64,000 nucleotides of DNA from NCBI RefSeq assembly GCF_009914755.1, contig NC_060925.1; one strand, 5' to 3'. The translations under genes and the position numbers were made by a program. Below are positions 1-14,266 of the stretch, in pieces (position 1 is the stretch's first letter; every line of letters begins with the position of its first letter). Source of the DNA: the human T2T-CHM13v2.0 reference genome, Homo sapiens. Below the pieces are notes generated by a model. It saw nothing but the letters and a program-made list of their open reading frames with translations. It ran no database searches and was not told the origin of the DNA.

Positions 1-365
1 TCGATTGGAATCATTATCAAATGGAATCGAATGGAATCACCGAATAGAATCGAATGGAACAATCATCGAATGGACTCAAATGGAATTATCCTCAAATGGA
101 ATCGAATGGAATTATCGAATGCAATCGAATGGAATTATCGAATGCAATCGAATAGAATCATCGAAAGGACTCGAATGGAATCATCGAATGGAATGGAATG
201 GAACAGTCAATGAACTCGAATGGAATCATCATTGAATGGAATCGAATGCAATCATCGAGTGGAATCGAATGGAATTATGATCAAATGGAATCGAATGTAA
301 TCATCATCAAATGGAATCAAAAATAACCATCAACAATTGGTATTGAATGGAATTGTCATCAAATG

Positions 366-371
366 GAATTC
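366..371. other. Conserved EcoRI site (GAATTC), one per unit
   Basis: ATGGAATTCAAAGG occurs at 366, 1674, 3450, 5226 and onward. This is consistent with the classical 1.77-kb EcoRI fragment of chr1 satellite II. Confidence 0.9.
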
Positions 372-500
372 AAAGGAATCATCATCAAATGGAACCGAAT
401 GGAATCCTCATTGAATGGAAATGAAAGGGGTCATCATCTAATGGAATCGCATGGAATCATCATCAAATGGAATCGAATGGAATCATCATCAAATGGAATC

Positions 501-511
501 TAATGGAATCA
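501..511 (+). promoter_or_regulatory. Candidate DUX4-type motif TAATGGAATCA (about 2 per unit; a second example is at 966-976)
   Basis: Matches the reported DUX4 double-homeodomain consensus TAAYBBAATCA, and DUX4 is known to bind and activate HSATII. Occupancy at this site cannot be shown from sequence. Confidence 0.35.
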
Positions 512-525
512 TTGAACAGAATTGA

Positions 526-1833
526 ATGGAATCGTCATCGAATGAATTGAATGCAATCATCGAATGGTCTCGAATGGAATCATCTTCTAATGGAAAGGAA
601 TGGAATCATCGCATAGAATCGAACGGAATTATCATCGAATGGAATCGAATGGTATCAACACCAAACGGAAAAAAACGGAATTATCGAATGGAATCGAAGA
701 GAATCTTCGAACGGACCCGAATGGAATCATCTAATGGAATGGAATGGAATAATCCATGGACTCGAATGCAATCATCATCGAATGGAATCGAATGGAATCA
801 TCGAATGGACTCGAATGGAATAATCATTGAACGGAATCGAATGGAATCATCATCGGATGGAAATGAATGGAATCATCATCGAATGGAATCGAATAGAATT
901 ATGGAATGAAATCCAGTGTGATCATCATCGAATGGACCCGAATGGAATCATCATCCAACGGAAGCTAATGGAATCAACATCGAATGAATCGAATGGAAAC
1001 ACCATGGAATTGAAACGAATGGAATTATCATGAAATTGAAATGGATGGACTCATCATCGAATGGATTCGAATGGAATCATCGAATAAAATTGATTGAAAT
1101 CATCATCCAATGGAATCGAATGGTATCATTGAATGGAATCGAATGGAATCATCATCAGATGGAAATGAATGGAATCGTCATAGAATGGAATCGAATGGAT
1201 TCATTGAATGGAATCAGATGGAATCATCGAATGGACTGGAATGGAAACATTGAATGGACTCGAAAGGGATCATTATTGAATGGAATTGAATGGAATCATC
1301 GAATGGTCTCGATTGGAATCATTACCAAATGGAATCGAATGGAATCACCGAATAGAATCGAATGGAACAATCATCGAATGGACTCAAATGGAATTATCCT
1401 CCAATGGAATCGAATGGAATTATCGAATGCAATCGAATGGAATTATCGAATGCAATCGAATAGAATCATCGAATGGACTCGAATGGAATCATCGAATGGA
1501 ATGGAATGGAACAGTCAATGAACTCGAATGGAATCATCATTGAATGGAATCGAATGGAATCATCGAGTGGAATCGAATGGAATTATGATCAAATGGAATT
1601 GAATGTAATCATCATCAAATGGAATCAAAAATAACCATCATCAATTGGTATTGAATGGAATTGTCATCAAATGGAATTCAAAGGAATCATCATCAAATGG
1701 AACCGAATGGAATCCTCATTGAATGGAAATGAAAGGGGTCATCATCTAATGGAATCGCATGGAATCATCATCAAATGGAATCGAATGGAATCATCATCAA
1801 ATGGAATCTAATGGAATCATTGAACAGAATTGA
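526..1833 (+). repeat. 1308-bp variant unit (one 468-bp module lost)
   Basis: An A-type module runs directly into the B-type exit GAATCGAATAGAATTATGG. The next unit starts at 1834; 1776-468=1308. Confidence 0.92.
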
Positions 1834-3609
1834 ATGGAATCGTCATCGAATGAATTGAATGCAATCATCGAATGGTCTCGAATGGAATCATCTTCTAATG
1901 GAAAGGAATGGAATCATCGCATAGAATCGAATGGAATTATCATCGAATGGAATCGAATGGTATCAACACCAAACGGAAAAAAACGGAATTATCGAATGGA
2001 ATCGAAGAGAATCTTCGAACGGACCCGAATGGAATCATCTAATGGAATGGAATGGAATAATCCATGGACTCGAATGCAATCATCATCGAATGGAATCGAA
2101 TGGAGTCATCGAATGGACTCGAATGGAATAATCATTGAACGGAATCGAATGGAATCATCATCGGATGGAAACGAATGGAATCATCATCGAATGGAAATGA
2201 AAGGAGTCATCATCTAATGGAATTGCATGGAATCATCATAAAATGGAATCGAATGGAATCAACATCAAATGGAATCAAATGGAATCATTGAACGGAATTG
2301 AATGGAATCGTCATCGAATGAATTGACTGCAATCATCGAATGGTCTCGAATGGAATCATCTTCAAATGGAATGGAATGGAATCACCGCATAGAATCGAAT
2401 GGAATTATCATCGAATGGAATCGAATGGAATCAACACCAAACGGAAAAAAACGGAATTATCGAATGGAATCGAAGAGAATCTTCGAACGGACCCGAATGG
2501 AATCATCTAATGGAATGGAATGGAATAATCCATGGACTCGAATGCAATCATCATCGAATGGAATCGAATGGAATCATCGAATGGACTCGAATGGAATAAT
2601 CATTGAACGGAATCGAATGGAATCATCATCGGATGGAAATGAATGGAATCATCATCGAATGGAATCGAATAGAATTATGGAATGAAATCCAGTGTGATCA
2701 TCATCGAATGGACCCGAATGGAATCATCATCCAACGGAAGCTAATGGAATCAACATCGAATGAATCGAATGGAAACACCATTGAATTGAAACGAATGGAA
2801 TTATCATGAAATTGAAATGGATGGACTCATCATCGAATGGATTCGAATGGAATCATCGAATAAAATTGATTGAAATCATCATCCAATGGAATCGAATGGT
2901 ATCATTGAATGGAATCGAATGGAATCATCATCAGATGGAAATGAATGGAATCGTCATAGAATGGAATCGAATGGATTCATTGAATGGAATCAGATGGAAT
3001 CATCGAATGGACTGGAATGGAAACATTGAATGGACTCGAAAGGGATCATTATTGAATGGAATTGAATGGAATCATCGAATGGTCTCGATTGGAATCATTA
3101 CCAAATGGAATCGAATGGAATCACCGAATAGAATCGAATGGAACAATCATCGAATGGACTCAAATGGAATTATCCTCAAATGGAATCGAATGGAATTATC
3201 GAATGCAATCGAATGGAATTATCGAATGCAATCGAATAGAATCATCGAATGGACTCGAATGGAATCATCGAATGGAATGGAATGGAACAGTCAATGAACT
3301 CGAATGGAATCATCATTGAATGGAATCGAATGGAATCATCGAGTGGAATCGAATGGAATTATGATCAAATGGAATCGAATGTAATCATCATCAAATGGAA
3401 TCAAAAATAACCATCATCAATTGGTATTGAATGGAATTGTCATCAAATGGAATTCAAAGGAATCATCATCAAATGGAACCGAATGGAATCCTCATTGAAT
3501 GGAAATGAAAGGGGTCATCATCTAATGGAATCGCATGGAATCATCATCAAATGGAATCGAATGGAATCATCATCAAATGGAATCTAATGGAATCATTGAA
3601 CAGAATTGA
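1834..3609 (+). repeat. Representative 1776-bp unit: module A (starts 1834), module B (starts 2302), then the unique segment
   Basis: Module-A starts at 1834, 3610, 5386, 7162 and 8938 are exactly 1776 apart. The A-to-B offset is 468 bp. Confidence 0.95.
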
Positions 3610-6600
3610 ATGGAATCGTCATCGAATGAATTGAATGCAATCATCGAATGGTCTCGAATGGAATCATCTTCTAATGGAAAGGAATGGAATCATCGCATAG
3701 AATCGAATGGAATTATCATCGAATGGAATCGAATGGTATCAACACCAAACGGAAAAAAACGGAATTATCGAATGGAATCGAAGAGAATCTTCGAACGGAC
3801 CCGAATGGAATCATCTAATGGAATGGAATGGAATAATCCATGGACTCGAATGCAATCATCATCGAATGGAATCGAATGGAATCATCGAATGGACTCGAAT
3901 GGAATAATCATTGAACGGAATCGAATGGAATCATCATCGGATGGAAACGAATGGAATCATCATCGAATGGAAATGAAAGGAGTCATCATCTAATGGAATT
4001 GCATGGAATCATCATAAAATGGAATCGAATGGAATCAACATCAAATGGAATCAAATGGAATCATTGAACGGAATTGAATGGAATCGTCATCGAATGAATT
4101 GACTGCAATCATCGAATGGTCTCGAATGGAATCATCTTCAAATGGAATGGAATGGAATCACCGCATAGAATCGAATGGAATTATCATCGAATGGAATCGA
4201 ATGGAATCAACACCAAACGGAAAAAAACGGAATTATCGAATGGAATCGAAGAGAATCTTCGAACGGACCCGAATGGAATCATCTAATGGAATGGAATGGA
4301 ATAATCCATGGACTCGAATGCAATCATCATCGAATGGAATCGAATGGAATCATCGAATGGACTCGAATGGAATAATCATTGAACGGAATCGAATGGAATC
4401 ATCATCGGATGGAAATGAATGGAATCATCATCGAATGGAATCGAATAGAATTATGGAATGAAATCCAGTGTGATCATCATCGAATGGACCCGAATGGAAT
4501 CATCATCCAACGGAAGCTAATGGAATCAACATCGAATGAATCGAATGGAAACACCATTGAATTGAAACGAATGGAATTATCATGAAATTGAAATGGATGG
4601 ACTCATCATCGAATGGATTCGAATGGAATCATCGAATAAAATTGATTGAAATCATCATCCAATGGAATCGAATGGTATCATTGAATGGAATCGAATGGAA
4701 TCATCATCAGATGGAAATGAATGGAATCGTCATAGAATGGAATCGAATGGATTCATTGAATGGAATCAGATGGAATCATCGAATGGACTGGAATGGAAAC
4801 ATTGAATGGACTCGAAAGGGATCATTATTGAATGGAATTGAATGGAATCATCGAATGGTCTCGATTGGAATCATTACCAAATGGAATCGAATGGAATCAC
4901 CGAATAGAATCGAATGGAACAATCATCGAATGGACTCAAATGGAATTATCCTCAAATGGAATCGAATGGAATTATCGAATGCAATCGAATGGAATTATCG
5001 AATGCAATCGAATAGAATCATCGAATGGACTCGAATGGAATCATCGAATGGAATGGAATGGAACAGTCAATGAACTCGAATGGAATCATCATTGAATGGA
5101 ATCGAATGGAATCATCGAGTGGAATCGAATGGAATTATGATCAAATGGAATCGAATGTAATCATCATCAAATGGAATCAAAAATAACCATCATCAATTGG
5201 TATTGAATGGAATTGTCATCAAATGGAATTCAAAGGAATCATCATCAAATGGAACCGAATGGAATCCTCATTGAATGGAAATGAAAGGGGTCATCATCTA
5301 ATGGAATCGCATGGAATCATCATCAAATGGAATCGAATGGAATCATCATCAAATGGAATCTAATGGAATCATTGAACAGAATTGAATGGAATCGTCATCG
5401 AATGAATTGAATGCAATCATCGAATGGTCTCGAATGGAATCATCTTCTAATGGAAAGGAATGGAATCATCGCATAGAATCGAATGGAATTATCATCGAAT
5501 GGAATCGAATGGTATCAACACCAAACGGAAAAAAACGGAATTATCGAATGGAATCGAAGAGAATCTTCGAACGGACCCGAATGGAATCATCTAATGGAAT
5601 GGAATGGAATAATCCATGGACTCGAATGCAATCATCATCGAATGGAATCGAATGGAGTCATCGAATGGACTCGAATGGAATAATCATTGAACGGAATCGA
5701 GTGGAATCATCATCGGATGGAAACGAATGGAATCATCATCGAATGGAAATGAAAGGAGTCATCATCTAATGGAATTGCATGGAATCATCATAAAATGGAA
5801 TCGAATGGAATCAACATCAAATGGAATCAAATGGAATCATTGAACAGAATTGAATGGAATCGTCATCGAATGAATTGACTGCAATCATCGAATGGTCTCG
5901 AATGGAATCATCTTCAAATGGAATGGAATGGAATCATCGCATAGAATCGAATGGAATTATCATCGAATGGAATCGAATGGAATCAACATCAAACGGAAAA
6001 AAACAGAATTATCGTATGGAATCTAAGAGAATCATCGAATGGACCCGAATGGAATCATCTAATGGAATGGAATGGAATAATCCATGGACTCGAATGCAAT
6101 CATCATCGAATGGAATCGAATGGAATCATCGAATGGACTCGAATGGAATAATCATTGAACGGAATCGAATGGAATCATCATCGGATGGAAATGAATGGAA
6201 TCATCATCGAATGGAATCGAATAGAATTATGGAATGAAATCCAGTGTGATCATCATCGAATGGACCCGAATGGAATCATCATCCAACGGAAGCTAATGGA
6301 ATCAACATCGAATGAATCGAATGGAAACACCATCGAATTGAAACGAATGGAATTATCATGAAATTGAAATGGATGGACACATCATCGAATGGATTCGAAT
6401 GGAATCATCGAATAAAATTGATTGAAATCATCATCAAATGGAATCGAATGGTATCATTGAATGGAATCGAATGGAATCATCATCAGATGGAAATGAATGG
6501 AATCGTCATAGAATGGAATCGAATGGATTCATTGAATGGAATCAGATGGAATCATCGAATGGACTGGAATGGAATCATTGAATGGACTCGAAAGGGATCA

Positions 6601-9600
6601 TGATTGAATGGAATTGAATGGAATCATCGAATGGTCTCGATTGGAATCATTATCAAATGGAATCGAATGGAATCACCGAATAGAATCGAATGGAACAATC
6701 ATCGAATGGACTCAAATGGAATTATCCTCAAATGGAATCGAATGGAATTATCGAATGCAATCGAATGGAATTATCGAATGCAATCGAATAGAATCATCGA
6801 ATGGACTCGAATGGAGTCATCGAATGGAATGGAATGGAACAGTCAATGAACTCGAATGGAATCATCATTGAATGGAATCGAATGGAATCATCGAGTGGAA
6901 TCGAATGGAATTATGATCAAATGGAATCGAATGTAATCATCATCAAATGGAATCAAAAATAACCATCATCAATTGGTATTGAATGGAATTGTCATCAAAT
7001 GGAATTCAAAGGAATCATCATCAAATGGAACCGAATGGAATCCTCATTGAATGGAAATGAAAGGGGTCATCATCTAATGGAATCGCATGGAATCATCATC
7101 AAATGGAATCGAATGGAATCATCATCAAATGGAATCTAATGGAATCATTGAACAGAATTGAATGGAATCGTCATCGAATGAATTGAATGCAATCATCGAA
7201 TGGTCTCGAATGGAATCATCTTCTAATGGAAAGGAATGGAATCATCGCATAGAATCGAATGGAATTATCATCGAATGGAATCGAATGGTATCAACACAAA
7301 ACGGAAAAAAACGGAATTATCGAATGGAATCGAAGAGAATCTTCGAACGGACCCGAATGGAATCATCTAATGGAATGGAATGGAATAATCCATGGACTCG
7401 AATGCAATCATCATCGAATGGAATCGAATGGAATCATCGAATGGACTCGAATGGAATAATCATTGAACGGAATCGAATGGAATCATCATCGGATGGAAAT
7501 GAATGGAATCATCATCGAATGGAAATGAAAGGAGTCATCATCTAATGGAATTGCATGGAATCATCATAAAATGGAATCGAATGGAATCAACATCAAATGG
7601 AATCAAATGGAATCATTGAACGGAATTGAATGGAATCGTCATCGAATGAATTGACTGCAATCATCGAATGGTCTCGAATGGAATCATCTTCAAATGGAAT
7701 GGAATGGAATCATCGCATAGAATCGAATGGAATTATCATCGAATGGAATCGAATGGAATCAACATCAAACGGAAAAAAACGGAATTATCGAATGGAATCG
7801 AAGAGAATCATCGAATGGACCCGAATGGAATCATCTAATGGAATGGAATGGAATAATCCATGGACTCGAATGCAATCATCATCGAATGGAATCGAATGGA
7901 ATCATCGAATGGACTCGAATGGAATAATCATTGAACGGAATCGAATGGAATCATCATCGGATGGAAATGAATGGAATCATCATCGAATGGAATCGAATAG
8001 AATTATGGAATGAAATCCAGTGTGATCATCATCGAATGGACCCGAATGGAATCATCATCCAACGGAAGCTAATGGAATCAACATCGAATGAATCGAATGG
8101 AAACACCATCGAATTGAAACGAATGGAATTATCATGAAATTGAAATGGATGGACTCATCATCGAATGGATTCGAATGGAATCATCGAATAAAATTGATTG
8201 AAATCATCATTTAATGGAATCGAATGGTATCATTGAATGGAATCGAATGGAATCATCCTCAGATGGAAATGAATGGAATCGTCATAGAATGGAATCGAAT
8301 GGATTCATTGAATGGAATCAGATGGAATCATCGAATGGACTGGAATGGAATCATTGAATGGACTCGAAAGGGATCATGATTGAATGGAATTGAATGGAAT
8401 CATCGAATGGTCTCGATTGGAATCATTATCAAATGGAATCGAATGGAATCACCGAATAGAATCGAATGGAACAATCATCGAATGGACTCAAATGGAATTA
8501 TCCTCCAATGGAATCGAATGGAATTATCGAATGCAATCGAATGGAATTATCGAATGCAATCGAATAGAATCATCGAATGGACTCGAATGGAATCATCGAA
8601 TGGAATGGAATGGAACAGTCAATGAACTCGAATGGAATCATCATTGAATGGAATCGAATGGAATCATCGAGTGGAATCGAATGGAATTATGATCAAATGG
8701 AATCGAATGTAATCATCATCAAATGGAATCAAAAATAACCATCATCAATTGGTATTGAATGGAATTGTCATCAAATGGAATTCAAAGGAATCATCATCAA
8801 ATGGAACCGAATGGAATCCTCATTGAATGGAAATGAAAGGGGTCATCATCTAATGGAATCGCATGGAATCATCATCAAATGGAATCGAATGGAATCATCA
8901 TCAAATGGAATCTAATGGAATCATTGAACAGAATTGAATGGAATCGTCATCGAATGAATTGAATGCAATCATCGAATGGTCTCGAATGGAATCATCTTCT
9001 AATGGAAAGGAATGGAATCATCGCATAGAATCGAATGGAATTATCATCGAATGGAATCGAATGGTATCAACACCAAACGGAAAAAAACGGAATTATCGAA
9101 TGGAATCGAAGAGAATCTTCGAACGGACCCGAATGGAATCATCTAATGGAATGGAATGGAATAATCCATGGACTCGAATGCAATCATCATCGAATGGAAT
9201 GGAATGGAATCATCGAATGGACTCGAATGGAATAATCATTGAACGGAATCGAATGGAATCATCATCGGATGGAAACGAATGGAATCATCATCGAATGGAA
9301 ATGAAAGGAGTCATCATCTAATGGAATTGCATGGAATCATCATAAAATGGAATCGAATGGAATCAACATCAAATGGAATCAAATGGAATCATTGAACGGA
9401 ATTGAATGGAATCGTCATCGAATGAATTGACTGCAATCATCGAATGGTCTCGAATGGAATCATCTTCAAATGGAATGGAATGGAATCATCGCATAGAATC
9501 GAATGGAATTATCATCGAATGGAATCGAATGGAATCAACATCAAACGGAAAAAAAACGGAATTATCGAATGGAATCGAAGAGAATCATCGAATGGACCCG

Positions 9601-12600
9601 AATGGAATCATCTAATGGAATGGAATGGAATAATCCATGGACTCGAATGCAATCATCATCGAATGGAATCGAATGGAATCATCGAATGGACTCGAATGGA
9701 ATAATCATTGAACGGAATCGAATGGAATCATCATCGGATGGAAATGAATGGAATCATCATCGAATGGAATCGAATAGAATTATGGAATGAAATCCAGTGT
9801 GATCATCATCGAATGGACCCGAATGGAATCATCATCCAACGGAAGCTAATGGAATCAACATCGAATGAATCGAATGGAAACACCATCGAATTGAAACGAA
9901 TGGAATTATTATGAAATTGAAATGGATGGACTCATCATCGAATGGATTCGAATGGAATCATCGAATAAAATTGATTGAAATCATCATCGAATGGAATCGA
10001 ATGGTATCATTGAATGGAATCGAATGGAATCATCATCAGATGGAAATGAATGGAATCGTCATAGAATGGAATCGAATGGATTCATTGAATGGAATCAGAT
10101 GGAATCATCGAATGGACTGGAATGGAATCATTGAATGGACTCGAAAGGGATCATGATTGAATGGAATTGAATGGAATCATCGAATGGTCTCGATTGGAAT
10201 CATTATCAAATGGAATCGAATGGAATCACCGAATAGAATCGAATGGAACAATCATCGAATGGACTCAAATGGAATTATCCTCAAATGGAATCGAATGGAA
10301 TTATCGAATGCAATCGAATGGAATTATCGAATGCAATCGAATAGAATCATCGAATGGACTCGAATGGAATCATCGAATGGAATGGAATGGAACAGTCAAT
10401 GAACTCGAATGGAATCATCATTGAATGGAATCGAATGGAATCATCGAGTGGAATCGAATGGAATTATGATCAAATGGAATCGAATGTAATCATCATCAAA
10501 TGGAATCAAAAATAACCATCATCAATTGGTATTGAATGGAATTGTCATCAAATGGAATTCAAAGGAATCATCATCAAATGGAATCGAATGGAATCCTCAT
10601 TGAATGGAAATGAAAGGGGTCATCATCTAATGGAATCACATGGAATCATCATCAAATGGAATCGAATGGAATCATCATCAAATGGAATCTAATGGAATCA
10701 TTGAACAGAATTGAATGGAATCGTCATCGAATGAATTGAATGCAATCATCGAATGGTCTCGAATGGAATCATCTTCTAATGGAAAGGAATGGAATCATCG
10801 CATAGAATCGAATGGAATTATCATCGAATGGAATCGAATGGTATCAACACCAAACGGAAAAAAACGGAATTATCGAATGGAATCGAAGAGAATCTTCGAA
10901 CGGACCCGAATGGAATCATCTAATGGAATGGAATGGAATAATCCATGGACTCGAATGCAATCAAAATCGAATGGAATCGAATGGAATCATCGAATGGACT
11001 CGAATGGAATAATCATTGAACGGAATCGAATGGAATCATCATCGGATGGAAACGAATGGAATCATCATCGAATGGAAATGAAAGGAGTCATCATCTAATG
11101 GAATTGCATGGAATCATCATAAAATGGAATCGAATGGAATCAACATCAAATGGAATCAAATGGAATCATTGAACGGAATTGAATGGAATCGTCATCGAAT
11201 GAATTGACTGCAATCATCCAATGGTCTCGAATGGAATCATCTTCAAATGGAATGGAATGGAATCATCGCATAGAATCGAATGGAATTATCATCGAATGGA
11301 ATCGAATGGAATCAACATCCAACGGAAAAAAACGGAATTATCGAATGGAATCGAAGAGAATCATCGAATGGACCCGAATGGAATCATCTAATGGAATGGA
11401 ATGGAATAATCCATGGACTCGAATGCAATCATCATCGAATGGAATCGAATGGAATCATCGAATGGACTCGAATGGAATAATCATTGAACGGAATCGAATG
11501 GAATCATCATCAGATGGAAATGAATGGAATCATCATCGAATGGAATCGAATAGAATTATGGAATGAAATCCAGTGTGATCATCATCGAATGGACCCGAAT
11601 GGAATCATCATCCAACGGAAGCTAATGGAATCAACATCGAATGAATCGAATGGAAACACCATCGAATTGAAACGAATGGAATTATTATGAAATTGAAATG
11701 GATGGACTCATCATCGAATGGATTCGAATGGAATCATCGAATAAAATTGATTGAAATCATCATCGAATGGAATCGAATGGTATCATTGAATGGAATCGAA
11801 TGGAATCATCCTCAGATGGAAATGAATGGAATCGTCATAGAATGGAATCGAATGGATTCATTGAATGGAATCAGATGGAATCATCGAATGGACTGGAATG
11901 GAATCATTGAATGGACTCGAAAGGGATCATGATTGAATGGAATTGAATGGAATCATCGAATGGTCTCGATTGGAATCATTATCAAATGGAATCGAATGGA
12001 ATCACCGAATAGAATCGAATGGAACAATCATCGAATGGACTCAAATGGAATTATCCTCAAATGGAATCGAATGGAATTATCGAATGCAATCGAATGGAAT
12101 TATCGAATGCAATCGAATAGAATCATCGAATGGACTCGAATGGAATCATCGAATGGAATGGAATGGAACAGTCAATGAACTCGAATGGAATCATCATTGA
12201 ATGGAATCGAATGGAATCATCGAGTGGAATCGAATGGAATTATGATCAAATGGAATCGAATGTAATCATCATCAAATGGAATCAAAAATAACCATCATCA
12301 ATTGGTATTGAATGGAATTGTCATCAAATGGAATTCAAAGGAATCATCATCAAATGGAACCGAATGGAATCCTCATTGAATGGAAATGAAAGAGGTCATC
12401 ATCTAATGGAATCGCATGGAATCATCATCAAATGGAATCGAATGGAATCATCATCAAATGGAATCTAATGGAATCATTGAACAGAATTGAATGGAATCGT
12501 CATCGAATGAATTGAATGCAATCATCGAATGGTCTCGAATGGAATCATCTTCTAATGGAAAGGAATGGAATCATCGCATAGAATCGAATGGAATTATCAT

Positions 12601-14266
12601 CGAATGGAATCGAATGGTATCAACACCAAACGGAAAAAAACGGAATTATCGAATGGAATCGAAGAGAATCTTCGAACGGACCCGAATGGAATAATCTAAT
12701 GGAATGGAATGGAATAATCCATGGACTCGAATGCAATCAAAATCGAATGGAATCGAATGGAATCATCGAATGGACTCGAATGGAATAATCATTGAACGGA
12801 ATCGAATGGAATCATCATCGGATGGAAACGAATGGAATCATCATCGAATGGAAATGAAAGGAGTCATCATCTAATGGAATTGCATGGAATCATCATAAAA
12901 TGGAATCGAATGGAATCAACATCAAACGGAATCAAATGGAATCATTGAACGGAATTGAATGGAATCGTCATCGAATGAATTGACTGCAATCATCCAATGG
13001 TCTCGAATGGAATCATCTTCAAATGGAATGGAATGGAATCATCGCATAGAATCGAATGGAATTATCATCGAATGGAATCGAATGGAATCAACATCCAACG
13101 GAAAAAAACGGAATTATCGAATGGAATCGAAGAGAATCATCGAATGGACCCGAATGGAATCATCTAATGGAATGGAATGGAATAATCCATGGACTCGAAT
13201 GCAATCATCATCGAATGGAATCGAATGGAATCATCGAATGGACTCTAATGGAATAATCATTGAACGGAATCGAATGGAATCATCATCGGATGGAAATGAA
13301 TGGAATCATCATCGAATGGAATCGAATAGAATTATGGAATGAAATCCAGTGTGATCATCATCGAATGGACCCGAATGGAATCATCATCCAACGGAAGCTA
13401 ATGGAATCAACATCGAATGAATCGAATGGAAACACCATCGAATTGAAACGAATGGAATTATCATGAAATTGAAATGGATGGACTCATCATCGAATGGATT
13501 CGAATGGAATCATCGAATAAAATTGATTGAAATCATCATCGAATGGAATCGAATGGTATCATTGAATGGAATCGAATGGAATCATCATCAGATGGAAATG
13601 AATGGAATCGTCATAGAATGGAATCGAATGGATTCATTGAATGGAATCAGATGGAATCATCGAATGGACTGGAATGGAATCATTGAATGGACTCGAAAGG
13701 GATCATGATTGAATGGAATTGAATGGAATCATCGAATGGTCTCGATTGGAATCATTACCAAATGGAATCGAATGGAATCACCGAATAGAATCGAATGGAA
13801 CAATCATCGAATGGACTCAAATGGAATTATCCTCAAATGGAATCGAATGGAATTATCGAATGCAATCGAATGGAATTATCGAATGCAATCGAATAGAATC
13901 ATCGAATGGACTCGAATGGAATCATCGAATGGAATGGAATGGAACAGTCAGTGAACTCGAATGGAATCATCATTGAATGGAATCGAATGGAATCATCGAG
14001 TGGAATCGAATGGAATTATGATCAAATGCAATCGAATGTAATCCTCATCAAATGGAATCAAAAATAACCATCATCAATTGGTATTGAATGGAATTGTCAT
14101 CAAATGGAATTCAAAGGAATCATCATCAAATGGAACCGAATGGAATCCTCATTGAATGGAAATGAAAGGGGTCATCATCTAATGGAATCGCATGGAATCA
14201 TCATCAAATGGAATCGAATGGAATCATCATCAAATGGAATCTAATGGAATCATTGAACGGAATTGA
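1834..14266 (+). repeat. Run of 7 canonical units (6 x 1776 bp, 1 x 1777 bp)
   Basis: Unit starts at 1834, 3610, 5386, 7162, 8938, 10715 and 12491. The 1777-bp unit has A8 instead of A7 at about 9549-9556. Confidence 0.92.

Noticed and set aside
1087-1092. AATAAA once per unit (CGAATAAAATTG, around 1083-1092) as a polyadenylation signal
   Set aside because: It is expected by chance in A-rich repeat sequence, and there is no transcript evidence or clear downstream GU-rich element.
1834-3609. Lengths 1776, 468, 1308 and 147 are all multiples of 3
   Set aside because: Every unit contains many stops, and the other variants (1777, 1063, 1285, 1307) break frame, so there is no evidence of coding constraint.
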